Shown: positions 12,737 through 23,666, numbered from the whole stretch's first letter. The stretch: DNA of 62,912 bases, filler included, from Salisapilia sapeloensis CBS 127946 (GCA_023334545.1; 5 parts of 5 records of this genome joined end to end with filler, not necessarily neighbours in it); one strand, 5' to 3'. Notes: generated by a model not told the origin, from the letters alone. Made by a program: numbers and translations.

Positions 12737-14507
12737 ATGGCCATGGCCGAGCATGGCAGCGATGGCGATAGCGATGGCGAGCAGACGCAGCAGCAACCGA
12801 CACAGAAGAGACTAGGACACAAGAGGAAGCATGAGAAAGATACCGGCGGAAAAGTCAAGCACGTTGGCAAGTATCTACGGAATGCACCGATCTCAGAAAA
12901 GCGTATCAAGGTATGACGATTCGTGTCCATTGCCATGTCAATACATTCGAATGACTTACAATTGATGATTGTCATGTAGCATATTCGAGATAAGAAGCTT
13001 AAAGGCACATTGGAAACGGCGTATGAAGAGCATCGAGAAGCAGCGGAAGCTGCTGCCAAGGCCGAGGTCCTCAATCCGGAGCAAGCTGGGTACCTCGAGG
13101 CGGAAGGCATGGAAAAGACGTATAAATTCAGGCAAAACCAGCTCGCACAGAACGTCGATGTGAACACGGCGAACAAAATCTTTAGTCTCGACTTGCCGGA
13201 GTTTGGCAGCTACTTTGCCAAGTACACTCGCAACGGTCGAAACCTCTTGCTCGGTGGTGAAAAAGGTCACTTAGCGGTCCTTGACTCACTCCGTATGCGT
13301 GTGACGTGTGAATTCCACGCGAATGACCTCGTTCGCGATGTCACGTTTCTACATAATAACACCATGTTCGCTGCGGCGCAGAAGAAGTATGTGTACATTT
13401 ACGACGGCACTGGCGCCGAAGCGCACTGCCTTCGGTCGATCCCAGAGCCTCAGGCCATGCAGTTCTTGCCGTACCACTTTTTATTGTCCACCATCAGTGG
13501 CAACGGTTTCCTGAGCTACCACGACGTGACCACCGGTCAAGAGGTCGCTGCGCATCGTACTAAGCAAGGGTTCTGCAACACGATGGCACAGAACCCTTGG
13601 AATGCTGTGATCAACCTCGGTCATGCCAGTGGTCTCGTCTCTTTGTGGACGCCCAACATGTCCGACGCTGTCGTGAAGATGCAATGTCACAAAGGACCAA
13701 GTACGACTACTTACTCATCTATCCTATACTCGCTTCTAACTCTTGTGCCTAGTTCGCTCCATGGGTGTGGATACCAGTGGCAAGTACCTTGTCACGGCCG
13801 GTGCGGATCGCCAGGTCAAAGTCTTTGACTTGCGCAAGTATCAAGAAGTAAGTCACTACTACTTGAGCGCAGCTGCGAACACCATGTCTGTGAGTCAGCG
13901 AGGACTTGTCGGTCTCGGCTTTGGTCCGAACGTTCATGTCGTGAAGAACCTCTTGTCTACGACGTCTCCGCAGTTGTACATGACGCATAAACTTCCAGGC
14001 TCTAAGGTCTCATCCGTGACGTTCCAACCGTTCGAAGATGTCTTGACCGTCGGACACGCCACGGGACTAAGCAACCTCGTGATCCCAGGCTCTGGTGAAC
14101 CGAACTTTGACACGTACGAGGCGAATCCGTATGAGAACGCCAAGCAGCGTGGAGAATCCGAAGTCCATGCGTTGCTCGAGAAACTCCGACCGGAGATGAT
14201 TTCGCTCGACCCGACCAAGATCGGCCAAGTGGACACAGATGCAACGGACGAACGTCAGTCCAAGATCGAGATGATGGAGCAAGCGAACGGTGTGCCGACG
14301 AAGCGTAAGAACAAGATGCGTGGTCGGAACAAGGTGAGCAATCGTCTTCGGAAGAAACAGAAGAACGTTGTCGACATTCAGAAAGAAAAGTTCAAGGAGA
14401 AACAGGAGCAGGAAAAGAAGAGTCGAGAGATGAAGAAACGACAGGAAGAGTGGCAGGACAAGGCCGAGTCGGCGCCAACGTCTTTGAATCGCTTTTTTAA
14501 ACACTAG
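12737..14507 (+). CDS. WDR46: WD40 ribosome biogenesis factor WDR46/Utp7 (BING4CT domain), about 549 aa
   Basis: Exons 12737-12910, 12980-13700, 13753-14507. Motifs YTRNGRNLLLGGEKGH, FLPYHFLL and PGSGEPNFDTYEANPYE (BING4CT). Confidence 0.92.
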
Positions 14508-14538
14508 ATCGGAGGGAAAGAAAGAGCTTTGCATTCGC

Positions 14539-16764
14539 TTACGCCAAGTAGTTGTATGTGTTCTGTTGCTCTTCATCTCGTTCCAAGTACTCGCGATCGA
14601 TCAGAGCTTCGATACGACGTTTAATCACCTTGACATCCGGTCGGAAGAAATGGAGTTGACTCAGCACTTCCGACACGAGTTGCTGATGCGACAAGGTCTT
14701 CCGCGCTTTCATAATGCGTACGATGGCAGCTTCAATCGCCAGACTCCGGTCTTCTTCCACGTGTTTCTGACTATGACTCTCTTCCAACGCAGCCATCGGG
14801 ATACGCAGTCGACGCATCGGAGACGTAAAGCTCGTGTTCACACTGAACGCGTCGGTTTTGGGCGCAATCTTCTTGCCGGGTGGGTCCTTGCTCAAGACCT
14901 TGAATTTGCCACACGACAGCGAGTGTAGGATGCGCGTCACGACTTCCGTCTCCAAGTGCAGAGCTTCGCATACTTGTTGGAAGGATAGCGGCGTGGAGGC
15001 ATCATTGAACAAGAGGAGAGCAACAGCCTGGAGTGTCGTGACCACGAGGTCGTAGCTCTTTTTCCCGAAGCGAGCACGGACGGAGCAGTTGCCTAGTGAG
15101 TACACCCACTGCAGTCGACGGTGACTCGTGGTCGAGTCGTAGTAGACCTTGAAGAGGTTCATGCATCGGACCATATTCGGTGGCATGGTGACTTCCAATG
15201 CAGGGTACGTGGGCCAATAGCCTGTGGTGAGCACTTGGACGTTGAACTCGAGGCTCGGGACGTCCCCTTCCGTCGCTCGCTGGCGTTTCAAGAAGGCTTC
15301 AAACTCCTGCTGATGGTCCGTCCCGACCGCCAAGTCGTTCATCATACCTTCCATCTTGCCAGTGAACTGTGCGCCGCATCTTAGCTTTAGCTTTCCGATC
15401 ATCAAGCTCTCGGCATCTTTCGACGCAGAACGTTGGTTGAGCAATCGCTTGGCGAGTTGATTGCGATAGATCTCTGCGAAAAGATCTTTATCGGTCAAGT
15501 AGGAGAAGACAAAGACGACTTTTTCCAAGTACTCTTCGACTTGTTCGTCACTAAGTTTCTCTCCACCAGTCTTGAGGATCCGATCGCAGAACGTCGACAT
15601 GAGTTTCGCGGACGAGTCTTTCCCAACGTCTTTATTGACAAACTCTTCAAAAGCATCCTTGAGAGCTTTTTGGAATAGCGGAGTAGCACCAAATTGATCA
15701 TTGACAATCCCTCGGAAACGATCGTGGATCGACAAAATGTCTTTGATAAATGTCGGATCGGCACTTGCGTCCTTGATACTCCCACTTTCAAGTGCCCTAC
15801 ATCGTTTTTCGACAATATCATTCCCGACGCTCGTGATGTACTTTTGAACCAACGCTGCGATCGGTTGTAGACCGTCCTTCAGGTCCTTGTACAGTCGGAA
15901 CATGCGTGATAAGTCGTCTAGCTTTTCGTTTTTGAGTAAAGCAATGACACCCGAGTTCTCTCGCTCGATCAATTCACTCTGAGGGTTCTTCAAAAGCACT
16001 TGTTCAATCGCGCTAATCAACTTTGGTTCCGTCGAGGAATGCAAGTACCGAGCGACGCGACTACGTTCACTCTGGAGCGCTTGTTCCACCTTCTCCAAGT
16101 ACACAGGCGTCGGGTCTTCACTCAGCCATAGCTTGGACTTTTCAGCGTAATACCGTTCGCTACGTTCGATTAAGTCTACTTCCAACTTTTGCTCGTAGAC
16201 ATGGAGCGAGTTCATGCCCATGACTTCAAAGATCTCGACACAGTGGCGTAGGAGGTCCGTGTCGATGATATCCCCGTCACGTTCCAAGTCAACGAGGTCG
16301 AGCATACGCTCTTGCATCCGGACGTGGAGACTGTCAAAGACGCGTTCACGAAAGGCATGCAGGCCGACTTCCTGTAGACTCTTGACTTGATGGTGCTTGA
16401 CGTAGTATCTGTCCAAGTACATGAAAAAGCGGCTCATCCATTTATTCATGAGCTTATGGTTCTGCCATCTCGACACGACATGATCGAGGAATTGATCATC
16501 CGAGGTCTGCGCAAGCGCCGGTCGAACGGTCGATCCGAGGTAGTCATCAAAGGTCTGACCATGGCGTTCATACAGCTGCTCAGAGAAGTTATACGGCGAT
16601 CGTTGTGTACTCATATTGTAGCAAATCGTATAGATCTCCATGAATGCTTTGGGTGGAAACGGAGACGCCGTTAGTTTATCAACGCCATCTTCGAGAATAC
16701 CCAAGAGAACGTCAATGGCTTTGGGCTTAATCTCTTCATCCCATCCAGCTTCTAAAGTGATCAT
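14539..16764 (-). CDS. CUL1: Cullin-1, 741 aa
   Basis: YTICYNMSTQR, FMYLDRYYV, cullin homology region and the neddylation-domain motif IEAAIVRIMKARK...IEALIDREYLERD. First ATG is at 16764. Confidence 0.93.
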   Translation of the reverse strand: MITLEAGWDEEIKPKAIDVLLGILEDGVDKLTASPFPPKAFMEIYTICYNMSTQRSPYNFSEQLYERHGQTFDDYLGSTVRPALAQTSDDQFLDHVVSRWQNHKLMNKWMSRFFMYLDRYYVKHHQVKSLQEVGLHAFRERVFDSLHVRMQERMLDLVDLERDGDIIDTDLLRHCVEIFEVMGMNSLHVYEQKLEVDLIERSERYYAEKSKLWLSEDPTPVYLEKVEQALQSERSRVARYLHSSTEPKLISAIEQVLLKNPQSELIERENSGVIALLKNEKLDDLSRMFRLYKDLKDGLQPIAALVQKYITSVGNDIVEKRCRALESGSIKDASADPTFIKDILSIHDRFRGIVNDQFGATPLFQKALKDAFEEFVNKDVGKDSSAKLMSTFCDRILKTGGEKLSDEQVEEYLEKVVFVFSYLTDKDLFAEIYRNQLAKRLLNQRSASKDAESLMIGKLKLRCGAQFTGKMEGMMNDLAVGTDHQQEFEAFLKRQRATEGDVPSLEFNVQVLTTGYWPTYPALEVTMPPNMVRCMNLFKVYYDSTTSHRRLQWVYSLGNCSVRARFGKKSYDLVVTTLQAVALLLFNDASTPLSFQQVCEALHLETEVVTRILHSLSCGKFKVLSKDPPGKKIAPKTDAFSVNTSFTSPMRRLRIPMAALEESHSQKHVEEDRSLAIEAAIVRIMKARKTLSHQQLVSEVLSQLHFFRPDVKVIKRRIEALIDREYLERDEEQQNTYNYLA

Positions 16765-16985
16765 AGTAACGATGGAAGTGATCGATCGAAGCGTCTCGGT
16801 GTAATCCCCAGTCGATCTTCTTTGGCCCGCTGATCGTCTTCTCACGAGCTACCAATGTCCTACTATCGAACAACTTTCTTTCTCTTTTGTATTTTGTATA
16901 CTGTCTCGGAATAGATGCGACTAAACCTTTGGCAGGAATCAGACGCGAGACTACACTTCCAGTAGACGTACTTGTGACGGCCGGA

Positions 16986-18170
16986 ATGGAGGCGTTGCCG
17001 GCAGAGCAGCGACACGAGACACTTCCATCCCATACGTCTGCTCATATGCAGGAAATGGACGGATCGCCTCCGATATGGGGGCCCTTTACGACGTCCTTTA
17101 CGGTCGGTCGAAGTCGACGATGTGACCTGATGATCCCGACGAATGCGGCCACGCGGACCGTGAGCAAGCACCACATTCGCGTCTATCCCACGTTGGATCC
17201 ACTAGGTGATCCGAACGTCCAGAAGTGGATGGTCCGGGACTTGAACGGTATGAATGGGACTGCCGTGAATGACATTACGCTCGAGCCAGGGGAGTCTGCT
17301 TCTGTCCGAGACCAAGACCGCGTCGTCCTCGCGTCTGTACAACGCCATGGCGTCCAGCTCGAGTTCCATATCCCAGAAAGTGACGGACACGAGATATTTG
17401 TGAGTGTCTGTCCGGAACGACAAGCTCCTCATGCCTCGGACGGTCTCTTGCCGCCCATGGCGCCGAATCCGACTTCGTACGTACATGTGCAGGACGAAGA
17501 GCTTGTTGTTGATAACCAGGAGGAAGAACTACAAACGATGGAGACACCTACGCGGAAACGGAATCGAAGTGAAAAGGAACAATTGGCGCAATTCCACGCC
17601 AGCAATGAAAAGGACGAGCTAGAAGGCTTCATGACGTGTCCCGTATGCCTCGAGTTCTATCAGTCGAGTGCCACGCTCGCTTGCTCCCATACGTTTTGTA
17701 GTTACTGTCTCAACCAGTGGTTTCGTTCCTCTCTTAGCTGTCCTGAATGCCGAACGCTCGTCGATCGACTGCCTGTGCGCAATCGAGCACTCGACGACCT
17801 CGTCGCGAGACTCGTCGGACACACGGATGCGTACCAGAAACTCCAGCAGAGTCGCACACAACGCTTACCGCCACTCACGTCGCTCGTGTCTAGTTCCTGG
17901 CCGTACAATCGCCAGCGTCTGAACGTGTTCAGAGCTTGGAATAGCTCGGATCAGCAGGCATTTGCGTCCTTAGTACGGACGCTTATCGGCGAGCAACGCG
18001 TCGCGGTCTTGCGACACGTTGGCTTGACGATGGAGACAATTGCCCATTCGAGTCAAAAGTACAGGACTTTGGCCGCAACCAACTTGCTTTTGGAGGCAGG
18101 GGACGCCCCGCGAGGAAGCTTGGCGTACGACAGCGCGGAGCGTTTGCGTCTGTATGTGCATTTTGGTTGA
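16986..18170 (+). CDS. FHA + C3HC4 RING E3 ligase (RNF8/CHFR-like), about 394 aa
   Basis: FHA motifs GRS...VSKHH...DLNGMNGTAVN; RING CPVC...CSHTFCSYC...CPEC. First in-frame ATG is at 16986. Confidence 0.85.
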   Translation: MEALPAEQRHETLPSHTSAHMQEMDGSPPIWGPFTTSFTVGRSRRCDLMIPTNAATRTVSKHHIRVYPTLDPLGDPNVQKWMVRDLNGMNGTAVNDITLEPGESASVRDQDRVVLASVQRHGVQLEFHIPESDGHEIFVSVCPERQAPHASDGLLPPMAPNPTSYVHVQDEELVVDNQEEELQTMETPTRKRNRSEKEQLAQFHASNEKDELEGFMTCPVCLEFYQSSATLACSHTFCSYCLNQWFRSSLSCPECRTLVDRLPVRNRALDDLVARLVGHTDAYQKLQQSRTQRLPPLTSLVSSSWPYNRQRLNVFRAWNSSDQQAFASLVRTLIGEQRVAVLRHVGLTMETIAHSSQKYRTLAATNLLLEAGDAPRGSLAYDSAERLRLYVHFG

Positions 18171-18228
18171 AGTGGGATGTTGTTAGAAGGTTGCGCTCGA
18201 GATGCCAGTTGGCTTTGGACGAGACGAG

Positions 18229-18915
18229 ATGAGTAGTCGGCGCGTATTCAAGCACCAAGGTGCTTACTCTTTGCTTTAACTTAAATACGAAAGTGGCTTC
18301 TTTTACATTGCATCAACTAGGGCAAGTCATTTATGAGTGGGAGCAGTCGATGGAGGAAGTGAATTTGTATATCACGCCACCGAGTGGCATTCAAGCAAGT
18401 CAGATTCAGTGTGATATCACGACGCATCACGTTACGTTGGGACTCAAGGGCGTGCAGGATAAATTTTTGAATGTGTGCATGTCTGTAGGATCTAGTAGAA
18501 GTGGTCTAGCGTATTAATACTTGGGTATTTGTTCCAGCATGACTTGATCGATTCGGTTGTGGTGGATGAAAGCTACTGGATGCTAGGTATGAGCACTCCT
18601 TCCTTTCTTGAGAGCTATTATTGATGCAAGGGAGTAGACGATGGCGAGCTGAATATCAATCTGCAGAAGATGAAAAAGGGACAGATGTGGTCTGCCGTTT
18701 TCGTCGGCCATGGCGAGGTGCTAACTAGATAAAGTCTCTACACGTATCCGACTAACACCGACTAGCTAAATCCATTGGAGCAAGAGGAATCGAAGAAACA
18801 AATGATGCTTGAACGGTTCCAGCAAGAGAATCCAGGCTTTGACTTTTCCAACGCAGAGTTCAATGGCTCCGCGCCAGACCCTCGTTCCTTCATGGGTGGC
18901 GTCAAGTACAACTAA
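18229..18915 (+). CDS. NUDCD2: NudC domain-containing protein 2 (CS-domain co-chaperone), 153 aa
   Basis: Exons 18229-18259, 18321-18472, 18538-18586, 18638-18717, 18766-18915. YEWEQSMEEVNLYI at the N-terminus; MMLERFQQENPGFDFSNAEFNG at the C-terminus. Confidence 0.9.
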
Positions 18916-19205
18916 CGAATGCATCCAGTCTTTTTCCATTCCCAAAATAAACAAATCCGATTCCATCTCTCTTCTACATACCTTCCTATTCATTTTATTT
19001 GATACTAGAGCTAGTAGAAACCAACCTCCTAGGTGATTACATCGACAGTATATCAGACCGCGTCATGGTGGTACGTGTGTCTTGTTGTGAAAACGGACGG
19101 ATGTGTAAGAGCGAATAGCACTTCAAGGAGCCTTCAAGGCCTCTTCGTGCGACCATTCAATCCCAGAAGACGACGAATCGAGTCATTTCGTCAAAAGATC
19201 TCGCG

Positions 19206-20396
19206 ATGGTAGCTGCTCCACCCGTTGTCAAGATCACTGCGTCTGAAAAGGAGCTAGCCAAGGCCGGGTACCAGCATGTCCAAGGTGCTCCGGAACCGCC
19301 ACCACTGGAACCACTGCCGTTCACCTTAAAGGACTTGCGAGCGGCGATACCACCACACTGCTTCGAACGGTCGCTCGTCCACTCCATGGCGTACGTCGTC
19401 ATGGACCTTACGATCTGCTCGGCTCTCTTCTACGCCGCGACGTACATTGACGGTCTGCAGGAAATAAGCTCCTTCGCCGTCTTGCTATGGCCAGTCTACT
19501 GGTTCTTCCAAGGCACATACGGCATGGGTATCTTTGTCCTCGGACATGAATGCGGCCATGAGGGTTTCTCAGACTATATGCTCGTGAATGACATCGTCGG
19601 CCTTGTCCTCCACTCGATCCTCCTCGTTCCATACTTTAGCTGGCGCATCTCCCATCGTCACCACCATTCGAACACGAATAGCTGCGAGAACGACGAAGCA
19701 TACGTGCCAAGCTCCCGCTCGGAGATCCAGCCACATCCTGCTGGAAACCACTTTGAAGAGGCGCCGCTCTACCAGCTCTATTGCATCGTCCGCATGCTAG
19801 TCATCGGCTGGAATCCTGCTTACCTCTTCTTCAATATCTGGGGCCCAAAGAAGTACAAGGGCAAGAGCAAAAGTCATTTCAACCCGTACGCAGCCTTCTT
19901 CACGGCCCGAGAACGCAAGTTGGTCTTGATCAGCGATCTCGCCTTGCTTCCCCCATTGGCTGGTATCTGCTATGCTGTCCACGTCTATGGCTTGATGGCG
20001 TTCGTCAAGTATTACGTGGTGCCATACTTTGTCACGAACGCCTACCTAGTCCTGATCACGTACCTCCACCACACGGACACGTTCGTGCCTCACTTCCGTG
20101 AAGGCGAGTGGACTTGGCTACGTGGTGCCCTTTGCACTGTCGACCGCACCTTTGGCACATACCTGAACAGCGCCTTGCACCATATCGTCGACACCCACGC
20201 CGTCCACCATATCTTTTCCAAGATGCCATTCTACCATGCACAGGAAGCGACGGAAGCTCTTCGTCCAGTGCTTGGCAAGTACTATCTGAAGGACGAGACG
20301 CCAGTGGCGACTGCTCTCTGGCGCTCGTATCGCAACTGCAAGTTCGTTGAGGACGACGGGAAGATTATCTTTTACAAGAAAGATTTACATCACTAG
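19206..20396 (+). CDS. Microsomal delta-12/omega-3-type fatty acid desaturase, 396 aa
   Basis: Three His boxes HECGH, HRHHH and HAVHH; TLKDLRAAIPPHCFERS; ITYLHHTD; TVDR. Confidence 0.92.
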   Translation: MVAAPPVVKITASEKELAKAGYQHVQGAPEPPPLEPLPFTLKDLRAAIPPHCFERSLVHSMAYVVMDLTICSALFYAATYIDGLQEISSFAVLLWPVYWFFQGTYGMGIFVLGHECGHEGFSDYMLVNDIVGLVLHSILLVPYFSWRISHRHHHSNTNSCENDEAYVPSSRSEIQPHPAGNHFEEAPLYQLYCIVRMLVIGWNPAYLFFNIWGPKKYKGKSKSHFNPYAAFFTARERKLVLISDLALLPPLAGICYAVHVYGLMAFVKYYVVPYFVTNAYLVLITYLHHTDTFVPHFREGEWTWLRGALCTVDRTFGTYLNSALHHIVDTHAVHHIFSKMPFYHAQEATEALRPVLGKYYLKDETPVATALWRSYRNCKFVEDDGKIIFYKKDLHH

Positions 20397-20985
20397 ATAT
20401 AACTGCAAATGCTACTGGAGACTTTCAACCACCACATTTTCTTGTCGATCTGTACTTCTTTTTCGACCAGTCTCTGCCGTGTACATAGGCACTTGTACAC
20501 TTTTCTACGCTCTGATCTGCAACTCGGCTTCTTTACCGTCATCTCTCGTGCATTTTGCTGCTAGAGCTGACGAAGATACATGGTGCTGACGTGGTGCAAG
20601 GTACCGTCTGCTGTCTCGAAAAGAAGTAATTATTTTCACTTGTTATTTGTATGTGATTGTCAGTGTTTCAATGGGGAAATCTTCTCCATGACCTGCTGGT
20701 CCAGACGCGTTCGAATGTAAAATTGCAAACTATCCATGACTGTATCGGACGAACTAGACGCTTATCGACGTACTGGACAATGGCCATTTTCCATCATTTG
20801 TCGTACATTTGCATGGACTTCAGTATGGTACTTGAACCATGGCGTTCTTCCCATGCGAAAAACCAAATGGAGGACAATTAGACGATATACACCTGTCTCT
20901 AGTATACCCTACCCAGTCGATCGAAGGAGTGGTATCTGCCACCACATTTGGCGTCTCTTCATTTTTCATTTCTCTAGAGCAAGCG

Positions 20986-22038
20986 ATGGGTGTCGTGGAT
21001 AAACTAACGGAGCGCATGCGTCGGCGCAGTAGCCGGGGAGGAGCTGCCCCAGAAGAAGAGATGAGTCCGAACGGTGCACCGAAAGTCGATGACCAGCCGT
21101 CGAAAGACACCAAGTCCAATTTTTTTCCCCGTCGCTTCTTCCGAGGCCATTCGACAGATCTCGAGAGTGATAGTGATAAAGAAGAGAAATTGCAACCGAC
21201 TGCAGTGGCCGTACCGTTGGAAGTCGGCACGATCCTCAGTACTTCGTTCGGTATCGCGACCATCACAAACGTTCAGAACGATACGATCGAAGCGCAATTA
21301 CAATGGACGGAGGATGACATGCCACCGGCGCTCTTCATGAGTCACAAGGCTGCTTCCCAATGTCAAGATCTCCCTGTCGTGTTGCATGAAAACGTTTCCA
21401 CATCACAAGGAGATGGCATTGTCCTCCACTATGATCGGCAGACGAATGAATATGTCGTCGAGATTGTGTCCGACAAGGTACGTGTACCTCCGTCTGACGT
21501 CAAACGCAAAGTCCAGCCTCGACTACGACGAGCCTCCCAGGTCGCAGCATCCGTCTTGCAGCGAGGTGTGTCGAATGCGTACAAGACGGTCGTGAGCACC
21601 TCCACGAGTATCTCGCACTATGTCAGCGACCGATCAGCTGCCGGTAGTTGTGTCTTGACAACGCACGGCCCAGCAATCATTGTCAGTCTTGACTCAAACC
21701 AAGGAAAGGGAGAAGTAGAGTGGACGGATGGCATGACGTCCTTCATCGATATTGCGTCCATTCAGCACTACGTGAAAGCCATTCCAGGCATGCAAGTCAC
21801 TTCCAAGTTTGGCACTGGTGTCGTCGACAGTGTCCGGCCAGAAGATGGCATCTACACAGTCCGACTGGATGACGTCCAGTCTGGTGAAAGTGATTTGGTG
21901 TTTGTTCCCGAGATGGACTTAATGCGCCTGCAGCCTCGACGTCCGAGCTCGGAAAATGCGAATGTGCTGAAACGACTGCGATCGTTCACGCAATCCAGGA
22001 ACGTCGATGAGAAGGATATATGTACTGCTGGCATTTAA
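20986..22038 (+). CDS. Hypothetical protein with four small beta-barrel (SH3/KOW/Tudor-like) repeats, about 350 aa
   Basis: Long ORF with repeated V/L-x-T/S-x-x-G-x-G/A-x-V/I motifs. Start placed at the 20986 ATG; an upstream in-frame ATG at 20839 is possible. Confidence 0.65.
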   Translation: MGVVDKLTERMRRRSSRGGAAPEEEMSPNGAPKVDDQPSKDTKSNFFPRRFFRGHSTDLESDSDKEEKLQPTAVAVPLEVGTILSTSFGIATITNVQNDTIEAQLQWTEDDMPPALFMSHKAASQCQDLPVVLHENVSTSQGDGIVLHYDRQTNEYVVEIVSDKVRVPPSDVKRKVQPRLRRASQVAASVLQRGVSNAYKTVVSTSTSISHYVSDRSAAGSCVLTTHGPAIIVSLDSNQGKGEVEWTDGMTSFIDIASIQHYVKAIPGMQVTSKFGTGVVDSVRPEDGIYTVRLDDVQSGESDLVFVPEMDLMRLQPRRPSSENANVLKRLRSFTQSRNVDEKDICTAGI

Positions 22039-22667
22039 ACCTTTCACTGATGATTGTTTCTATACGACAAAATACATGTAAGCAACTAACAGCAGCAACT
22101 TTTGTCTCTTCGATGCCTATGCGTGGAGTTGGTTTCACGCGGATAAAGTAATTTGAAAAGTACTTTTACCTTTCTAAGGTCTGATTTTCATGTTGATACT
22201 TGATTTCCATGCTGCTTTAGCTAGTACTCGACATTCTCATGTATGCGTTACCTTGACATGCCTTTAATCACTACTTTATAGATGACAATGTCCTCGCCCA
22301 CAAGTCAATACGGGCAGACCAATGTTGTAATTGCATGACGCAGCGTGGGGTTGGATGAGTCGACAAGATGGTCGAAGCACTAAGCTTCACATGCACGACT
22401 ACCGGTCGACCAGGAAATAATGTTAGGAAATTCAAAAGTAGTTCTCGTTGTTCAAGTGTTCTTGGCTTTACCAATTGTGTACAGTCATTGTCACCAATAT
22501 CAGCGTGCTTTGCGATGTGTGAGATAGCCATAAGACGAATCCGAATAGATTGCAACGGGTAACTCAGGTTATTTACTCGAATCTATCCGAGTTACCATCA
22601 AACTTGTCATTAGAAAAACAAAGTTATCCTGCACTACACAGTGAACATGAGTGTAGCAGCACAATCA

Positions 22668-23666
22668 CTAAACTCCTTGCTCTTTATTCTTTTCTCTCAC
22701 TTCTCGTTTGACGTGCTCGATCCATGCACGAATATTCGATACACGAGTAAAGATACCATAACTCATTCCGCACATGGGATGCGCTCTACTCACAACTCCA
22801 ATCTGCTTTTCTTGAAATAACAATGGACCGCCTGAATCTCCTCTACATATCCCTTTCTTAGGGCTCTCATATTCCCTTCGTACGGCTTTGCCAGCACAAA
22901 TGTACATATAAGGAATTGTGCCGTCAAATCGCATCTGGCACGTTTTCAACGTCTGCAAAACTAGTCTTGCGCGTTGTAATTGACTTGGATACGAATAGGT
23001 ATACGTCCCATCACTGTGCATTGCACTTTCGTCGGCGCCCCAGCCGTATGCGTCCGCTTGCATGAATAGCCAACGTGATCGCCCCTCTGTATTATCATGT
23101 GATGGATGGAACTTGACATAGTTGCGGTACCGTTTGGATACTTTCTCGCGAAGTAGAAGGATACCTGCATCGAACTTCGCCACACTATCGCCATCTTCTT
23201 TGGTATAGCCTAGGTGCACTATGACTTTGGTCACGCCAATCCTTTCGCCAGATTTATTACCGCCTGCCGCAGCAGACCCGATGGAAACATAGATGTCTTT
23301 AGTGGCCATAGGCACCACAAAGACCCCACTCTCATTCTTGACCAAGTCACTCATGCAATGCGCTGCAGTCAGCACAATTTGACTAGTTATCAGCGTCCCA
23401 CCGCAGTAGTTCCTCCCCTTCGCTGTAGCACGTATTCCGACCATGAAAGGGACCTTGCTCAAGTCGGATGGTTTTCCATTGAAAATTCGGTTTTCACTTC
23501 CTTGAGTCGAGATAGGATTGACGTTGTTCATCATGTCCGTAGCTGAAGCATTGAGAAATCCCTTCCTATCCACGCTGTTTGGATCTTGCTGAGTAGAGAC
23601 TCCGAGACACAGTGCGAATAATAGGAGGGTCGAAAGATCAATAGCAAGTACAATTCTACACTGCAT
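22668..23666 (-). CDS. Secreted S1 (chymotrypsin-fold) serine protease, 332 aa
   Basis: Signal peptide, activation site ENR|IFNG, and an intact triad LTAAHC / FDAGILL / GDSGGP. Confidence 0.9.
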   Translation of the reverse strand: MQCRIVLAIDLSTLLLFALCLGVSTQQDPNSVDRKGFLNASATDMMNNVNPISTQGSENRIFNGKPSDLSKVPFMVGIRATAKGRNYCGGTLITSQIVLTAAHCMSDLVKNESGVFVVPMATKDIYVSIGSAAAGGNKSGERIGVTKVIVHLGYTKEDGDSVAKFDAGILLLREKVSKRYRNYVKFHPSHDNTEGRSRWLFMQADAYGWGADESAMHSDGTYTYSYPSQLQRARLVLQTLKTCQMRFDGTIPYMYICAGKAVRREYESPKKGICRGDSGGPLLFQEKQIGVVSRAHPMCGMSYGIFTRVSNIRAWIEHVKREVREKNKEQGV

